Part shown: piece after piece, positions 1 through 10,307 of the stretch
How the letters are laid out: each line of letters opens with the position of its first letter
Numbering within the stretch: the stretch's first letter is position 1
Assembly (NCBI GenBank): GCA_027021365.1
Contig: JALUUM010000040.1
Span: 23,928-87,927, forward strand
DNA length: 64,000 bases
Reading direction: 5' to 3'
From: Spirochaetales bacterium
GTDB lineage: Bacteria; Spirochaetota; Spirochaetia; SZUA-6
Position numbers and translations under genes: made by a program
Notes under the pieces: generated by a model
The model's database searches: none
Told to the model about the DNA's origin: nothing
What the model saw: the letters and a program-made list of their open reading frames with translations, nothing else

Positions 1-449
1 CTTACCAGGGCCTGGTTGTCATGTCCCGTTGCCCCGATGAACCTTATTTTCCCCTCGCGCTTGAAACGTTCATAGGTTTCCAGTACCCCGCCGGGCTTGA
101 TGATTTCAAAGAACTCCTCCTCCGACTTTACATCGTGAATATGGTATATATCGATGTAGTCGGTAGAGAGCTCTCTTAAGGACTTTTCGAGGCTCGACTC
201 TATCTCGCGCGGATCTCTGAAATGGCACTTGCTTGCTATTACAACCTTATCCCGCCTACCCTTCAGAGCAGAGCCTACCTTGTTCTCCGTTCCATAGAGC
301 CTTGCATTGTCGAAATAGTTGATACCCAGATCGAGAGCACGGTGAATTGCCCGCTCAGATTCTTTTCTAGTGGTTATGGAAAAGGCAAATCCGCCAAGCC
401 CTATTCGTGAAACTTTGAGCCCCGTGGAGCCTAATTCTCTGTATTCCAT
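1..449 (-). CDS. Aldo/keto reductase (5' part; runs off the window)
   Basis: Hand translation from ATG at 449: MEYRELGSTGLKVSRIGLGG...GINYFDNARLYG...IASK...TDYIDIYHIH...GKIRFIGATGH; classic AKR motifs. Not in the ORF track because it is truncated. Confidence 0.92.
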   Translation of the reverse strand, partial: MEYRELGSTGLKVSRIGLGGFAFSITTRKESERAIHRALDLGINYFDNARLYGTENKVGSALKGRRDKVVIASKCHFRDPREIESSLEKSLRELSTDYIDIYHIHDVKSEEEFFEIIKPGGVLETYERFKREGKIRFIGATGHDNQALV

Positions 450-623
450 TTCGTATCCCATGGTAATACTATACAATGGGGTCGCCCTTTATTTCAAATC
501 CTAGTATTAAATCGCATCAATTCCCTGTTTTATGGAAAATAATTTGAAAGTGGATATTGAAAGCATTCTTTATAAAATTTATTATGATTGTAATCGTACG
601 GAACTTTGGAGAAGGAGTCGCAG

Positions 624-1412
624 ATGAACAAGTATCTCTATTTTCTTTTGACACCGGAAGCTCTGGTAGCATCGATGCTTCCTCCGGAAGAATTCGGAAG
701 CTACCTTGCAGTAGGGAGCGAAAAGCGGGCTCACGGGCAGGCCATATTTTTCACTCTGGAGGGCCTGAAAGACCAGGGCTTTCCCCTCCAGGATATAGAA
801 ACCAGATGTGTTCCCCATCCAAACGGACAACCGAAACGTTCCGTTTATCTCTCCATATACAGGGTAATGGAGAGAATACCCCTTGAGGCAATAAAAGATC
901 TGTACCTCGTAACACCGGACGGCAAGGTTTTGAAAATAGAGAAATCCGAAAGCATTCCGCAGACAGGGCACAAGTTCAAACTTTACCAGGAACTATGTCC
1001 AGTTCATCCGAGGATTGTTAGTGGCTTGAGCCCTGCTGATTTTGTAAGATACATTACCAATGAAAACAACAACCTCTACGTACCTAAGATATGTTTTGTT
1101 GATCTGGACCTGGGAGAACTTGCAGATGACCCTGATCATGGAAGGGTCGGGAATCTCCCCTATTACTCGGTGGAACATATACGTGACTGTCTAAAGCAAC
1201 TGGAAGAAAATCCGGAAAAACAGACAAAAACGGTAAACAGGATTAACGCGCAGTGGTTTCCATACAGGACCATAGAAACCGGATTTTACATCGGCGCCGG
1301 TAACGATGTCCTATTCTACCCCTTCCCCACGGAAGAGCAATTGCAGAGAGAGTACTATGACTGGTGGAGATCAGCATCCATAATGGGGGACTCTTTCGGA
1401 ACCTCATTCTAG
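624..1412 (+). CDS. Conserved hypothetical protein
   Basis: ORF 606..1412; ATG at 624 preceded by AGGAG. Globular, protein-like sequence; no family recognised. Confidence 0.8.
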   Translation: MNKYLYFLLTPEALVASMLPPEEFGSYLAVGSEKRAHGQAIFFTLEGLKDQGFPLQDIETRCVPHPNGQPKRSVYLSIYRVMERIPLEAIKDLYLVTPDGKVLKIEKSESIPQTGHKFKLYQELCPVHPRIVSGLSPADFVRYITNENNNLYVPKICFVDLDLGELADDPDHGRVGNLPYYSVEHIRDCLKQLEENPEKQTKTVNRINAQWFPYRTIETGFYIGAGNDVLFYPFPTEEQLQREYYDWWRSASIMGDSFGTSF

Positions 1413-1452
1413 GGGAAAACACCGAAAACAGAATGATGATTCAGGCAAATCG

Positions 1453-2607
1453 GTGAGCAAGGGTACGGTAATATATACTTCCGCATTTCTCACTGCCCTT
1501 TCCGAAGGTATTCTTACCCTGGGAATCATCTTCTATATGAAAGATATCTTCGATGCAGGTGCAGGGACAATCGGCCTAATCGGGGGCACCTGGGCACTTT
1601 CCTACTTCATAGGTTGTATTACCTTCAGGCCGCTGCTGAGAGCTATCAGGCCACGTTTTTCGATGATAATATCTGGCTTTCTCATGGCTACCTCTGTAGG
1701 GTTGATTCTACTCTCTCGAAAAGTGGAATTCACCTTCCTGTTCTACAGCTTTTTTGGTCTCTCCCTGTCTCTCTTCTGGCCCCAGGCTATGGGATGGATG
1801 TCACACGGTTACGAGGGAAAAGACTTGAGCCGGAAAATATCAATGTACAACCTCTCCTGGATAAGCGGTATAATCGTAAGCCCGACAATCTGCGGATTCT
1901 TAAGCAAGAGAAATCCCACTCTTCCACTCTACACCTCTATCTCCCTCTTCATACTCACCTCCCTTCTGATTATCGGCTTTTCGATCTTCGTCAAATCGAT
2001 AGGCAGTGACCGGTACAGAGACACACAGAGAGATGACAGTGACATTTCAGGAACCAGAGAAACCTTCCTTCGCTACCCGGCATGGGTGGGGCTATTTACC
2101 ACGTACCTCGTGTTGGGGATCATCACAAATGTATTTCCCGTTTATGCAAGGGAAAGTCTGAACCTCGACAAAGTCACCATAGGCAATATCCTCCTGGCAA
2201 GGGGACTTGCAACTGCGGCGACATTCGTGATACTAGGAAAACTCGATTTCTGGCACTTCAACAGGAAGGTTTTGCTCGGAGGCCAGCTTTTTCTCTTTAT
2301 GACGATGGTGCTTACAATTTTTACCGAAAAGCCACTCACGCTTGCACTGATATTCTCGGTTTTCGGCGTGCTCTTTGCCCTCAATTATGATGAAAGCGTT
2401 TTTCACGGTGTTACGGGAAGCAGAAAGAGATCCACGAGAATGGCAATTCACGAGGCGCTGTTGACACTTGGCATAGTAACCGGTTCGATTGCAGGCGGGT
2501 TTTTACTCGAGAATTATTCGATGAATACTGTATACATCTTTTCCATAACAGTAATAATCATCACACTCCTTATTCAGGCCTCCATGACACGTATGTTCCG
2601 CACCTGA
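1453..2607 (+). CDS. MFS transporter
   Basis: 384 aa with about 12 hydrophobic segments in a 6+6 arrangement. Confidence 0.85.
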   Translation: MSKGTVIYTSAFLTALSEGILTLGIIFYMKDIFDAGAGTIGLIGGTWALSYFIGCITFRPLLRAIRPRFSMIISGFLMATSVGLILLSRKVEFTFLFYSFFGLSLSLFWPQAMGWMSHGYEGKDLSRKISMYNLSWISGIIVSPTICGFLSKRNPTLPLYTSISLFILTSLLIIGFSIFVKSIGSDRYRDTQRDDSDISGTRETFLRYPAWVGLFTTYLVLGIITNVFPVYARESLNLDKVTIGNILLARGLATAATFVILGKLDFWHFNRKVLLGGQLFLFMTMVLTIFTEKPLTLALIFSVFGVLFALNYDESVFHGVTGSRKRSTRMAIHEALLTLGIVTGSIAGGFLLENYSMNTVYIFSITVIIITLLIQASMTRMFRT

Positions 2608-2673
2608 CAAGCAGCCCCGTAACCCGAACCGACAGGCAAAATCGCTGCGTCGGCACAGCATGCCAACCTACAC

Positions 2674-2701
2674 TTGACATGAAACGACCTTTTAATATAA
2701 A
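2674..2701 (+). promoter_or_regulatory. sigma70-type promoter for cupin gene
   Basis: TTGACA at 2674-2679, TATAAA at 2696-2701 (16-bp spacer). Confidence 0.55.
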
Positions 2702-2712
2702 CAGTTTACACT

Positions 2713-2979
2713 ATGGATATTGAAATAAAAAAACTCAACGAAAAAGAAAAAGAAGAAGTCGGTATCGATTCCTGGGGAATATGGGAAAAGGAAGTATCCG
2801 AGTTTCCCTGGAGCTATTCATCGGAGGAACGCTGTTACATTCTCGAAGGCAGGGCAATCATTTCTTACGAGGGTAAGAGCAAAGAGATAAAGGCCGGAGA
2901 CTTTGTTATTTTCCCCAAAGGGCTTCAGTGCACATGGAAGATAACCGAAGCCATACGGAAAAGATACAACTTCTTTTGA
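2713..2979 (+). CDS. Cupin domain protein (Cupin_3/DUF861 type)
   Basis: WGIWEKEVSEFPWSY..EERCYILEG...AGDFVIFPKGLQCTWKI...RKRY signature. Confidence 0.9.
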   Translation: MDIEIKKLNEKEKEEVGIDSWGIWEKEVSEFPWSYSSEERCYILEGRAIISYEGKSKEIKAGDFVIFPKGLQCTWKITEAIRKRYNFF

Positions 2980-3075
2980 TTTTCTTTTAATTCACTATGG
3001 TGATTGTATCATAATCTTACCGTAGCTTTTACAGCATCTTTCTGTTGAAGTTACAAATCGTACAAATCGAGAGTC

Positions 3076-4284
3076 TTAATTTTCCAGAATCGTTATTTCC
3101 ACACGCCTGTTCTGTTTTCTCCCCTCCTCCGTAGAGTTGTCCGCAACGGGTTCTCTAGAGCCCTTCCCCCTGAATATCATCTGGGTGAGTTTCTTTGCGC
3201 CTATGGAAAGGAGAAAATCCCCAACAGCCCTCGCCCTCTCCTCGGAGAGTATCTGACAACTCTCCTCTGTGCCAATTCTTGCCGTGTGCCCGGTAATCAG
3301 GATATCTCTGTCGGGGTACTTCTTTAGTATCTCCCCGATCTTTCTGAGCTTTTCCTTCTCACTTGGAACGAGGAGTGCAGAATTGGGAGGAAAATTTATG
3401 TTCTGAAGGCTTATCGTTACGCCGTTCTCGTCTTCCTTTACCTTTGCATCCTCTATTCCCCTTTTCTCGATGTCTTTTTCAATTTCCCTCTTTACCTCTC
3501 CTCGTTTTAAGGGTTCTGCAATTATTACTTTTCCCTCCGATTCACCGGTCCATTCCACATAGTCACCCGATGCAAGATGAAATATGAAGTCAAATTCCTC
3601 CCTGTATGAGTGGGGTTTTCCCATATTGTTATCAAAGTAATAAACCTGACTGGATGTCCCGGTTATTATCCTCGGAACATTACCCGTATAATCCTCTGTT
3701 CCCTTGACCTTGTAAAAAACCGAGTAATCTATTTTTATGGCTGCTACTTCCCTGCCATCTACAGTTCTGTTCCCCAGGTATCTGTAATTAACATGCACGG
3801 GAAAGTGAAAAGCTTTGTCAACACCAAAATTTGCACGCAGATCGTGAACCTCCTCGCCATCTGCGCTCCAGCTTTCACCCTCCTTTACGTCTTTTTCAGG
3901 GAAAACCGGTACATTCCTCACTACGGGCATGAAATACTTCGAATCGATGGTATATATACCCCTTTCACTCCTCAAGAACTTCGAATAGTAGTCACTATCC
4001 AATTTGTAAGTATTGCTCCGACCGTAGGATCTTTCTGAGGTTTGAAAATGACATTCAAGCAGACCAGTTCCTTCATTTTCTTCCAGGACACTCACGGTTA
4101 TCTTGTCCAGTATATCCGCCGTATGAGAATACTTTCCATTCACAAATACCCTTTCCTTTACCTGTGTCACTATGCGGTACTTTTCCCCCGGTACATAACG
4201 GAACCTCAAGACCTCCCCGTACACCACACTGCCAAGGAGGAAAAGCAGGGAACAGGCAATAACAAGGATCGTGTTTTTTTTCAC
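3076..4284 (-). CDS. Exported OmpA-family peptidoglycan-binding protein
   Basis: Signal peptide; C-terminal INFPPNSA...ITGHTA...LSEERARAV...NRRVEI OmpA_C motifs. Confidence 0.9.
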   Translation of the reverse strand: MKKNTILVIACSLLFLLGSVVYGEVLRFRYVPGEKYRIVTQVKERVFVNGKYSHTADILDKITVSVLEENEGTGLLECHFQTSERSYGRSNTYKLDSDYYSKFLRSERGIYTIDSKYFMPVVRNVPVFPEKDVKEGESWSADGEEVHDLRANFGVDKAFHFPVHVNYRYLGNRTVDGREVAAIKIDYSVFYKVKGTEDYTGNVPRIITGTSSQVYYFDNNMGKPHSYREEFDFIFHLASGDYVEWTGESEGKVIIAEPLKRGEVKREIEKDIEKRGIEDAKVKEDENGVTISLQNINFPPNSALLVPSEKEKLRKIGEILKKYPDRDILITGHTARIGTEESCQILSEERARAVGDFLLSIGAKKLTQMIFRGKGSREPVADNSTEEGRKQNRRVEITILEN

Positions 4285-4294
4285 CAGTTCATCT

Positions 4295-4324
4295 CCTAGT
4301 TAATATTCAACCTAGTTAATATTC
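4295..4324. repeat. 14-bp direct repeat CCTAGTTAATATTC (period 16) in the divergent intergenic region
   Basis: Copies at 4295-4308 and 4311-4324. Confidence 0.7.
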
Positions 4325-4466
4325 GGCCGATACACACATTATTATATCCCTCTCGGCAATAAAATTAACGCTCCTCTTGGTGTTTAACAAATAAACTTGA
4401 CAAACTGCTCATGTAGGCAGTAATTTAAAGAAAATCGATCTTTGGAAGTATATTTTTTGATATTTT

Positions 4467-6011
4467 ATGGGACCGCTTAAAAGAAAAATTAAAGAAGCGG
4501 AAATCTTGGATTTCATGAAGCGTGGCGGTTTTTCAAAACCGACACTGCTTCAAAAGAGAGTAATTCCCATTATTGCCAGGGGCGGTGACATTGCAATCGA
4601 GGCTGGTGAGAAAACAGGTAAGACTGCCGCTTTTATCTTGCCATTGGTTAAGTATATTGATACTGAAAAACCGGGGATCAAGGCGGTAGTCCTCACCCAT
4701 TCTGCAGACAAGGTTCGGAAGATAAGAAACGAATTCAAGCGCCTGGTTCCACATGGAAGTGGTCTTACCTATGTTCCTCTCAACGAAGATGAGGAAATAC
4801 GAAAAGAGGTAAGACTGCTTTCACGGACACCCGATGTGATTATAGGCACTCCGGGCAGGGTTATAGATCATATCCGGCGGGGGAATATAGATCTTTCAAA
4901 ACTCGAAAATGTTATTATCATGTCCCCCGGTGGAAATGACAATAAGGGATTTGAGAAAGATATAGATTTCATCTTTACCAAGATACCGCTTAAAAGACAG
5001 ACAATACTATTCTCTCCAAATTTGAAAGCTGAAGGAAGGCTCATGTCTTTTCTGAAGCATCCTGCCGTCATACCTGCGTCCAAATGGAAGAGAGAAAAAT
5101 CCTCTATAGAACATTCATTTATAGAGGTAGAAGAGCACGGCAAGAGGAATCTTCTGGTAGATCTGATCAATGCAAAAAATCTAAAAGGTATTGTTGTATT
5201 CTGCAGGACCATAAAAGATGCGGAAGACCTTCACAAGTATCTCAAGCGGAAAGGTATGACAACATCACTTGTACATCACGAACAAAGGCAACCGGCAATA
5301 TTGAAGAACGAACGCGATTTCAAATCGGGCAAGAATGATATACTAATAACAACCGACCTTGGTGCAGAAAAGATACACTGCAGACCAAAACATATAATAA
5401 ATTTCGACATTCCGCCCAGCTCCGAGAATTACCTGATAAGAGCTGGTTTCAACACGGAACGCGAAGAGGAGCTTAGTACCATAACGACCTTTGTTACAAA
5501 GGAACAGTATTTTGAACTTTTGAAGATAGAGGAGAGTATCAAGATGAACATAAAAAAAGAAGATGCCCCGCAAGAGGAAGACATCCTTAAAGGTACAATC
5601 AAGAAAATCGTACAGGTTATAAAAGAGGAAGAAGATCCGGACATACTTAACTATTACAGGAAAATTGTACGCCAGAACGTTCCTATTTTCCTCCGTTCAT
5701 ATTTTGCAGCCTATCTGTTAAAGATTTACCTTGGCAAGGAAAAGAAGCAGGAGCCCGGTATAACAAAACTCTTCGTCAGTGTCGGGAAAAACAGAAGGGT
5801 ATTCCCCAGGGATTTGAGGGGGCTGTTCATCAGTAAGCTCAACTTGAAAGCTTCTCAGGTGGGACCTGTAAAAATTCTCGACAATTATTCCTTCATAGAT
5901 ATTCCGTCACGATACGCAAAGGAAGCTATCGAAAAACTGAACGGCATAGATTTCAAGGGCAGAAAAATTACCGTAAATTATGCAAGGAAAAAGGAAGGCA
6001 GTAAATCCTAG
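4467..6011 (+). CDS. DEAD-box helicase-like protein with degenerate catalytic motifs and C-terminal DbpA RNA-binding domain
   Basis: Q-motif GFSKPTLLQ, TGKT, GTPGRVID, INFDIP present; DEAD, SAT and HRIGRTGR motifs substituted; C-terminal LFVSVGKNRRVFPRDL...DNYSFIDI...VNYARKK. Confidence 0.85.
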   Translation: MGPLKRKIKEAEILDFMKRGGFSKPTLLQKRVIPIIARGGDIAIEAGEKTGKTAAFILPLVKYIDTEKPGIKAVVLTHSADKVRKIRNEFKRLVPHGSGLTYVPLNEDEEIRKEVRLLSRTPDVIIGTPGRVIDHIRRGNIDLSKLENVIIMSPGGNDNKGFEKDIDFIFTKIPLKRQTILFSPNLKAEGRLMSFLKHPAVIPASKWKREKSSIEHSFIEVEEHGKRNLLVDLINAKNLKGIVVFCRTIKDAEDLHKYLKRKGMTTSLVHHEQRQPAILKNERDFKSGKNDILITTDLGAEKIHCRPKHIINFDIPPSSENYLIRAGFNTEREEELSTITTFVTKEQYFELLKIEESIKMNIKKEDAPQEEDILKGTIKKIVQVIKEEEDPDILNYYRKIVRQNVPIFLRSYFAAYLLKIYLGKEKKQEPGITKLFVSVGKNRRVFPRDLRGLFISKLNLKASQVGPVKILDNYSFIDIPSRYAKEAIEKLNGIDFKGRKITVNYARKKEGSKS

Positions 6012-6598
6012 TGGACCTCCTTGATCCGGAATCAATTTCTTCCTTTATCGATTCAAGAAAAGACCGCTCAGACATCGAACTTGAAATCGGATGTGGAAAT
6101 GGTCATTTCATAGCTACCTATGCGGAAAAGAAGCCATACTCCACCATCATAGGAGTTGAAATAAAGAAAAAACGATGCCTCAAGGCCATGAAAAAAATAG
6201 AAAAGAGAAAACTGACCAATGCATTTATCGTGCAGGAAAGGGCCGAAATGGTACTGAAGAGGCTGCAGGACGAGTCCATAGATATAATACACATATATTT
6301 CCCTGATCCATGGCCAAAAACCAAACACAGGAAACGACGCCTAGTGAGAATGCCTGTCCTGGCGGAATTCTCAAGAATTCTCAAACCCGGTGGCAGGATA
6401 CTTCTTCTCACAGACTTTTTCGATTATTTCATACAGATGAAGGTTCTCTTCTCCCTTCATGACGATTTTGAAATCATACAGGATAACCTTCCTGAGGAAG
6501 TTTTCCTTTCAATATATGCGTCGAAGTTCTTATCCGCAAGAAGAAAAATCTATTCGCTTACCGTAAGCAGAAAACCAGTGGTAGATCCTATACTATGA
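6011..6598 (+). CDS. trmB: tRNA (guanine-N7)-methyltransferase
   Basis: LEIGCGNG and YFPDPWPKTKHRKRRL motifs. Confidence 0.93.
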   Translation: MDLLDPESISSFIDSRKDRSDIELEIGCGNGHFIATYAEKKPYSTIIGVEIKKKRCLKAMKKIEKRKLTNAFIVQERAEMVLKRLQDESIDIIHIYFPDPWPKTKHRKRRLVRMPVLAEFSRILKPGGRILLLTDFFDYFIQMKVLFSLHDDFEIIQDNLPEEVFLSIYASKFLSARRKIYSLTVSRKPVVDPIL

Positions 6599-7886
6599 AC
6601 CTGTGAAGAAACAGAAGAATCAGAAACATATTGATAACGAGGTCCGAAAAGATAAATATGGCAGATAACAATTCGTAGATACGCGCCATGCTCTGGCATT
6701 TTCTTGCTTCCCTCTCCGGATTCCCCGGAATAGCCACCATCTCAGCCATGGGATCCACCGGCCTCTTTAGTTTTCTTTTTACCAGAGCTCCAAACAGGCA
6801 CATATAAAGCTCTCCGGGCAAAGATTTCATATTTACCGCTCCCTCACGAAATACAGGAGTCCCCTCGATCGAAGAAACATCAGGGCTGCTAACAGCCAGA
6901 GAATTGTAGAGAGACAACAGTGAAGCTCCACTTGCAAGACCACAGATTCCGCAGTAACCTTCGCCTGTCGGTAAAACAGCCTTCTTTATCCTGGGATTCT
7001 TCAATGCTTCAGAACTTTCCACCATTTCGGAATCCCTTTCGGTGCCCTCACCAATACCATTTGAAAAATATCTCAAGGGCAATCTCAACAAATCCCTCTT
7101 TGCCCGCAAGACTCGCCCCTGCTTCCAAGTCCACCTGTATAGAAAATAGAAGAGAACTCCCGGTGGAACAAGAGATGCAACGGGGAAAGAAGCAAGGGTG
7201 ATAGCGAAGAGGGCCGGTACCCTGAGCATCGGGTTGTGCAACATCAGGTAGGAGAGAAAGAGAAGAGAGAGAGAACCTGCCAATATCGAACCGAAGGTAA
7301 ACTGATTGAAATACTCATTTCGCTGCCGGCCTGCCCAGATAGCTCTCTTTAGTATAGTTTCCATTTCACCATCGTAGATTACAAAGAGAAGTTTTTTCTC
7401 CGGCTGGGACCTGAAGATTCCATTTCCGCCTTCCCTGTACACCATGCCACCAACAAATACCCTGGTACCCTCCGAAAGTGAAAAAATCTCATTCCAGTGC
7501 ATACTCTTCGGCTCTTCATCGGGAAGGACTTCCTGGAGGTTCTCTATAAGAGATTCACCTGAAAATATGGATGTTGAAGGAAGCATGTACACTACTACAT
7601 CCTTCATGTAAGCAGCCACGGTAAGGTTTCCGTTTTTTATCCAGAGCATGTTGTCACCCTGGAGAGCCTCTATTGTGCCGAAAAAACGGAATTCACCCAC
7701 CGGACCATCCTTGCCTCCCCTTATATCAGAGTAAGAGATAAAGGGTTGCAGGCTCAACTCGATAAGTCGTTTCCTGAAACGTCTCCAGTGAGAACGTACT
7801 ATGAATGCACCTATGCCGGGAATCAAGCCAAAAAACACAAATGCGATGACAAATACAAAAGCAATATATTCAAAAAACGTAAACAT
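6588..7886 (-). CDS. Hypothetical membrane protein
   Basis: ORF 6588..8003; start moved to ATG 7886 (7892 also possible) to avoid overlap with the divergent gene; N-terminal, central and C-terminal TM segments. Confidence 0.75.
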   Translation of the reverse strand: MFTFFEYIAFVFVIAFVFFGLIPGIGAFIVRSHWRRFRKRLIELSLQPFISYSDIRGGKDGPVGEFRFFGTIEALQGDNMLWIKNGNLTVAAYMKDVVVYMLPSTSIFSGESLIENLQEVLPDEEPKSMHWNEIFSLSEGTRVFVGGMVYREGGNGIFRSQPEKKLLFVIYDGEMETILKRAIWAGRQRNEYFNQFTFGSILAGSLSLLFLSYLMLHNPMLRVPALFAITLASFPVASLVPPGVLFYFLYRWTWKQGRVLRAKRDLLRLPLRYFSNGIGEGTERDSEMVESSEALKNPRIKKAVLPTGEGYCGICGLASGASLLSLYNSLAVSSPDVSSIEGTPVFREGAVNMKSLPGELYMCLFGALVKRKLKRPVDPMAEMVAIPGNPEREARKCQSMARIYELLSAIFIFSDLVINMFLILLFLHRFIV

Positions 7887-7937
7887 CCCCATCTCAATAT
7901 TGAAAAAAGAAGTCAAATATTTTAATTTAATTATACA

Positions 7938-8606
7938 ATGCTGGAAAGAATTGTGATAGATCCTCTGAAAACAAACTGTTACATCTATTCTATTGATAAA
8001 CACAGATGCATAATTATAGACCCTGGCGGAAGCGAACAGGAAATAATATCACGTCTGGATATGCTGAACATGCGCCCGGAAGGGATTGTTTTTACGCACG
8101 GTCACTTCGATCATACTGCGGGTGCCGGGAAATTGAGAGATTTCTATTTGAAAAAAGAAATAGAGCTGAAACTTGCAATCCACGAAAATGACGCTTCATA
8201 CCTCGGATCCAAAGCCAAAGACATGAACAAAAGGGACTTTTCAGCATTGGGATTCGCCCTAGAAAACTTCAGTGTCCAGGTTTTTCAAACCCTTCCCGAG
8301 GCTGACATAAAATTGAGAGAGGGCGATTCTGTCTTCGATTCCGACTTGAAGGTCCTTGAAACTCCCGGCCACACACGGGGAAGTATCTGCCTCTACTCCG
8401 AAGAACAGGGAATACTCTTCTCTGGCGACACCCTCTTCTTCGAAGGAATCGGAAGAGCAGACCTACCCGGCGGAGATGAGAAAACTCTCATAGCGAGCAT
8501 AAAGGAAAAGATACTTTCACTTCCCCCTGAAACCAGTATCTATCCTGGGCACGGACCTTCCACCACAGTGGAAAGGGAACTGAAGGGTAACCCTTTCATC
8601 AACTAG
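7938..8606 (+). CDS. MBL-fold metallo-hydrolase (glyoxalase II/GloC-YcbL family)
   Basis: THGHFDH, TPGHTRGS, FSGDTLF, YPGHG motifs. Confidence 0.92.
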   Translation: MLERIVIDPLKTNCYIYSIDKHRCIIIDPGGSEQEIISRLDMLNMRPEGIVFTHGHFDHTAGAGKLRDFYLKKEIELKLAIHENDASYLGSKAKDMNKRDFSALGFALENFSVQVFQTLPEADIKLREGDSVFDSDLKVLETPGHTRGSICLYSEEQGILFSGDTLFFEGIGRADLPGGDEKTLIASIKEKILSLPPETSIYPGHGPSTTVERELKGNPFIN

Positions 8607-8613
8607 TCCTTTC

Positions 8614-9255
8614 CTACTCCTCCTGCTCTTCCTCGATCTTCAGGAGGAGTTTTTTTAACTCGGGATGTTTGTCTATTTCCAGAGTTATTTCCTCTTCCTC
8701 TCTGTCCTTCACGAAGATCAAATTACTCTTTATCCTGCCCTTCCAGTTGTGTCCGCAGTTGAGACATTTGGAAAAGGATCTCTCCCGTGCGTTGTAATGA
8801 AAAACATTGACAGAACCACACTTGGGACATGGTTCCTCGATGTAAACGAGATCCACTACTATCTCCTTCAAACCATTCAATTCTTTCGGTTTTAAGAGAT
8901 GAAACGTTTCATGTACACCAGCTATGTTGGAAAATATCAGTATATTGCCATCTTCGAGGAACAACCTCGATACCGAACCGGATTCCACCTTCACCTCAGG
9001 TAATTTGAGCGATTTGAGCTTTCCCCCTTCATCGATCTCAAAGAATTCTACTTCATCTCCCTTTTCAACCCAGTCCGGTATGATACTGTGATAACTTCCC
9101 AGTATGGGCGAGAAGTAGAACCATCCTTCTCTACCGTCTTTCAGGCGTCTTCCAAAGAGTTTAACAGAGGGCAGATTATCTACCTTGACACTTTCATCTA
9201 TCAGGTTCTTATTCTCCGGATATATTATCCTCTTCTCTTCATTTTCCCCTTTCAT
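8614..9255 (-). CDS. Hypothetical protein with CxxC...CxxC zinc ribbon
   Basis: CPKCGS...KCLNCGHNW; upstream TTGACA on the minus strand at 9290-9295. Confidence 0.7.
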   Translation of the reverse strand: MKGENEEKRIIYPENKNLIDESVKVDNLPSVKLFGRRLKDGREGWFYFSPILGSYHSIIPDWVEKGDEVEFFEIDEGGKLKSLKLPEVKVESGSVSRLFLEDGNILIFSNIAGVHETFHLLKPKELNGLKEIVVDLVYIEEPCPKCGSVNVFHYNARERSFSKCLNCGHNWKGRIKSNLIFVKDREEEEITLEIDKHPELKKLLLKIEEEQEE

Positions 9256-9321
9256 GATAGCTTACATTCTGTTCCCAGAAATTTGATTCTGTCAAGGAGT
9301 AACAATTATAGCCTTGTTTGC

Positions 9322-9711
9322 TCATGCAAGCAGATTTACGATCAAACCGGATTCAATACCGATTCCTGAAGAATAACTGGCCAGGCTGTTTACGGAAGCC
9401 TTTAGTTGCAGGGATAGTTTCTCTATGACATTATCAATGGATTCTTTATCGATTCTTCCCACCGCGATATTTCTTGTATTACTGTATTTTCCCGTCCTTA
9501 TCAGTTTCTCTATCAATCCGTCCAGTATTCGCAGCTTGTACAGAGAAATGCCACCGACCCCCTGTTTGGATGGAATTGCATCTATATGTTTGAAAACGGC
9601 AGAGATCGAGCCGAGGGGTTTTACAGGATAGCGAATCTTGCCACTCGATTCCTGTATTCTCATTATAGTAGGGAAGCTTATTATTGGAACGCTCTGTATC
9701 GCAGAAACCAT
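9322..9711 (-). CDS. Hypothetical protein
   Basis: 129-aa ORF filling the gap between co-oriented genes. Confidence 0.65.
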   Translation of the reverse strand: MVSAIQSVPIISFPTIMRIQESSGKIRYPVKPLGSISAVFKHIDAIPSKQGVGGISLYKLRILDGLIEKLIRTGKYSNTRNIAVGRIDKESIDNVIEKLSLQLKASVNSLASYSSGIGIESGLIVNLLA

Positions 9712-9787
9712 ACTGTTCCCACCCCGATTTTATTTATCGGTAAGATGGAAACAGATTTACAGTGAAATATGATTGAATTATACGAGT

Positions 9788-10144
9788 TTATCTCTTTTTA
9801 CGTTCCTCTCTGGCCTTGCACTCGATACAGAGAAGAGCATATGGTATCGCTTCCAATCGCTCCCTTGGAATCTTCTTACCACAGCTCATGCAGATACCGT
9901 ACTTGCCATTTTCTATTCTGGCAAGAGCCGAATCTATCAGTTGCAGCCTCTTTATTTCCTGCGATCCCAGAGCCTGAAGTATCTTCTTGTCTATATCCTC
10001 GGCAGCTATATCAACGAGATCCTTCGGATCTATATCATCTATAATATTCTTGAAATCTTCATTTTCACTTGCAAGATGTTTAAGGATTTCCTTTTTCATC
10101 TTTTTGAGGTTTTCTTTCATCCTGGAAATAAAATCCTTATCCAT
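9788..10144 (-). CDS. TraR/DksA C4-type zinc finger protein
   Basis: DLVDIA coiled-coil tip; YGICMSCGKKIPRERLEAIPYALLCIECK. ATG 10144 chosen. Confidence 0.92.
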   Translation of the reverse strand: MDKDFISRMKENLKKMKKEILKHLASENEDFKNIIDDIDPKDLVDIAAEDIDKKILQALGSQEIKRLQLIDSALARIENGKYGICMSCGKKIPRERLEAIPYALLCIECKAREERKKR

Positions 10145-10256
10145 ACCCTCTCCCGGAAACAATTGTTATATTAAAGTAATGTAAATAAGTAATATATCCA
10201 AAGGCAAGACAATTTGAATTAAAAATAAAAAAATGTCAAGACGGAAAATCGTATTA

Positions 10257-10300
10257 TTGACATCAATCGAGTATTAACTTAAATTCACATGAAAAGGAGG
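10257..10300 (+). promoter_or_regulatory. sigma70 promoter and RBS of infA
   Basis: TTGACA 10257-10262, 17 bp, TAAATT; AAGGAGG ending at 10300. Confidence 0.65.
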
Positions 10301-10307
10301 ATTTTTC

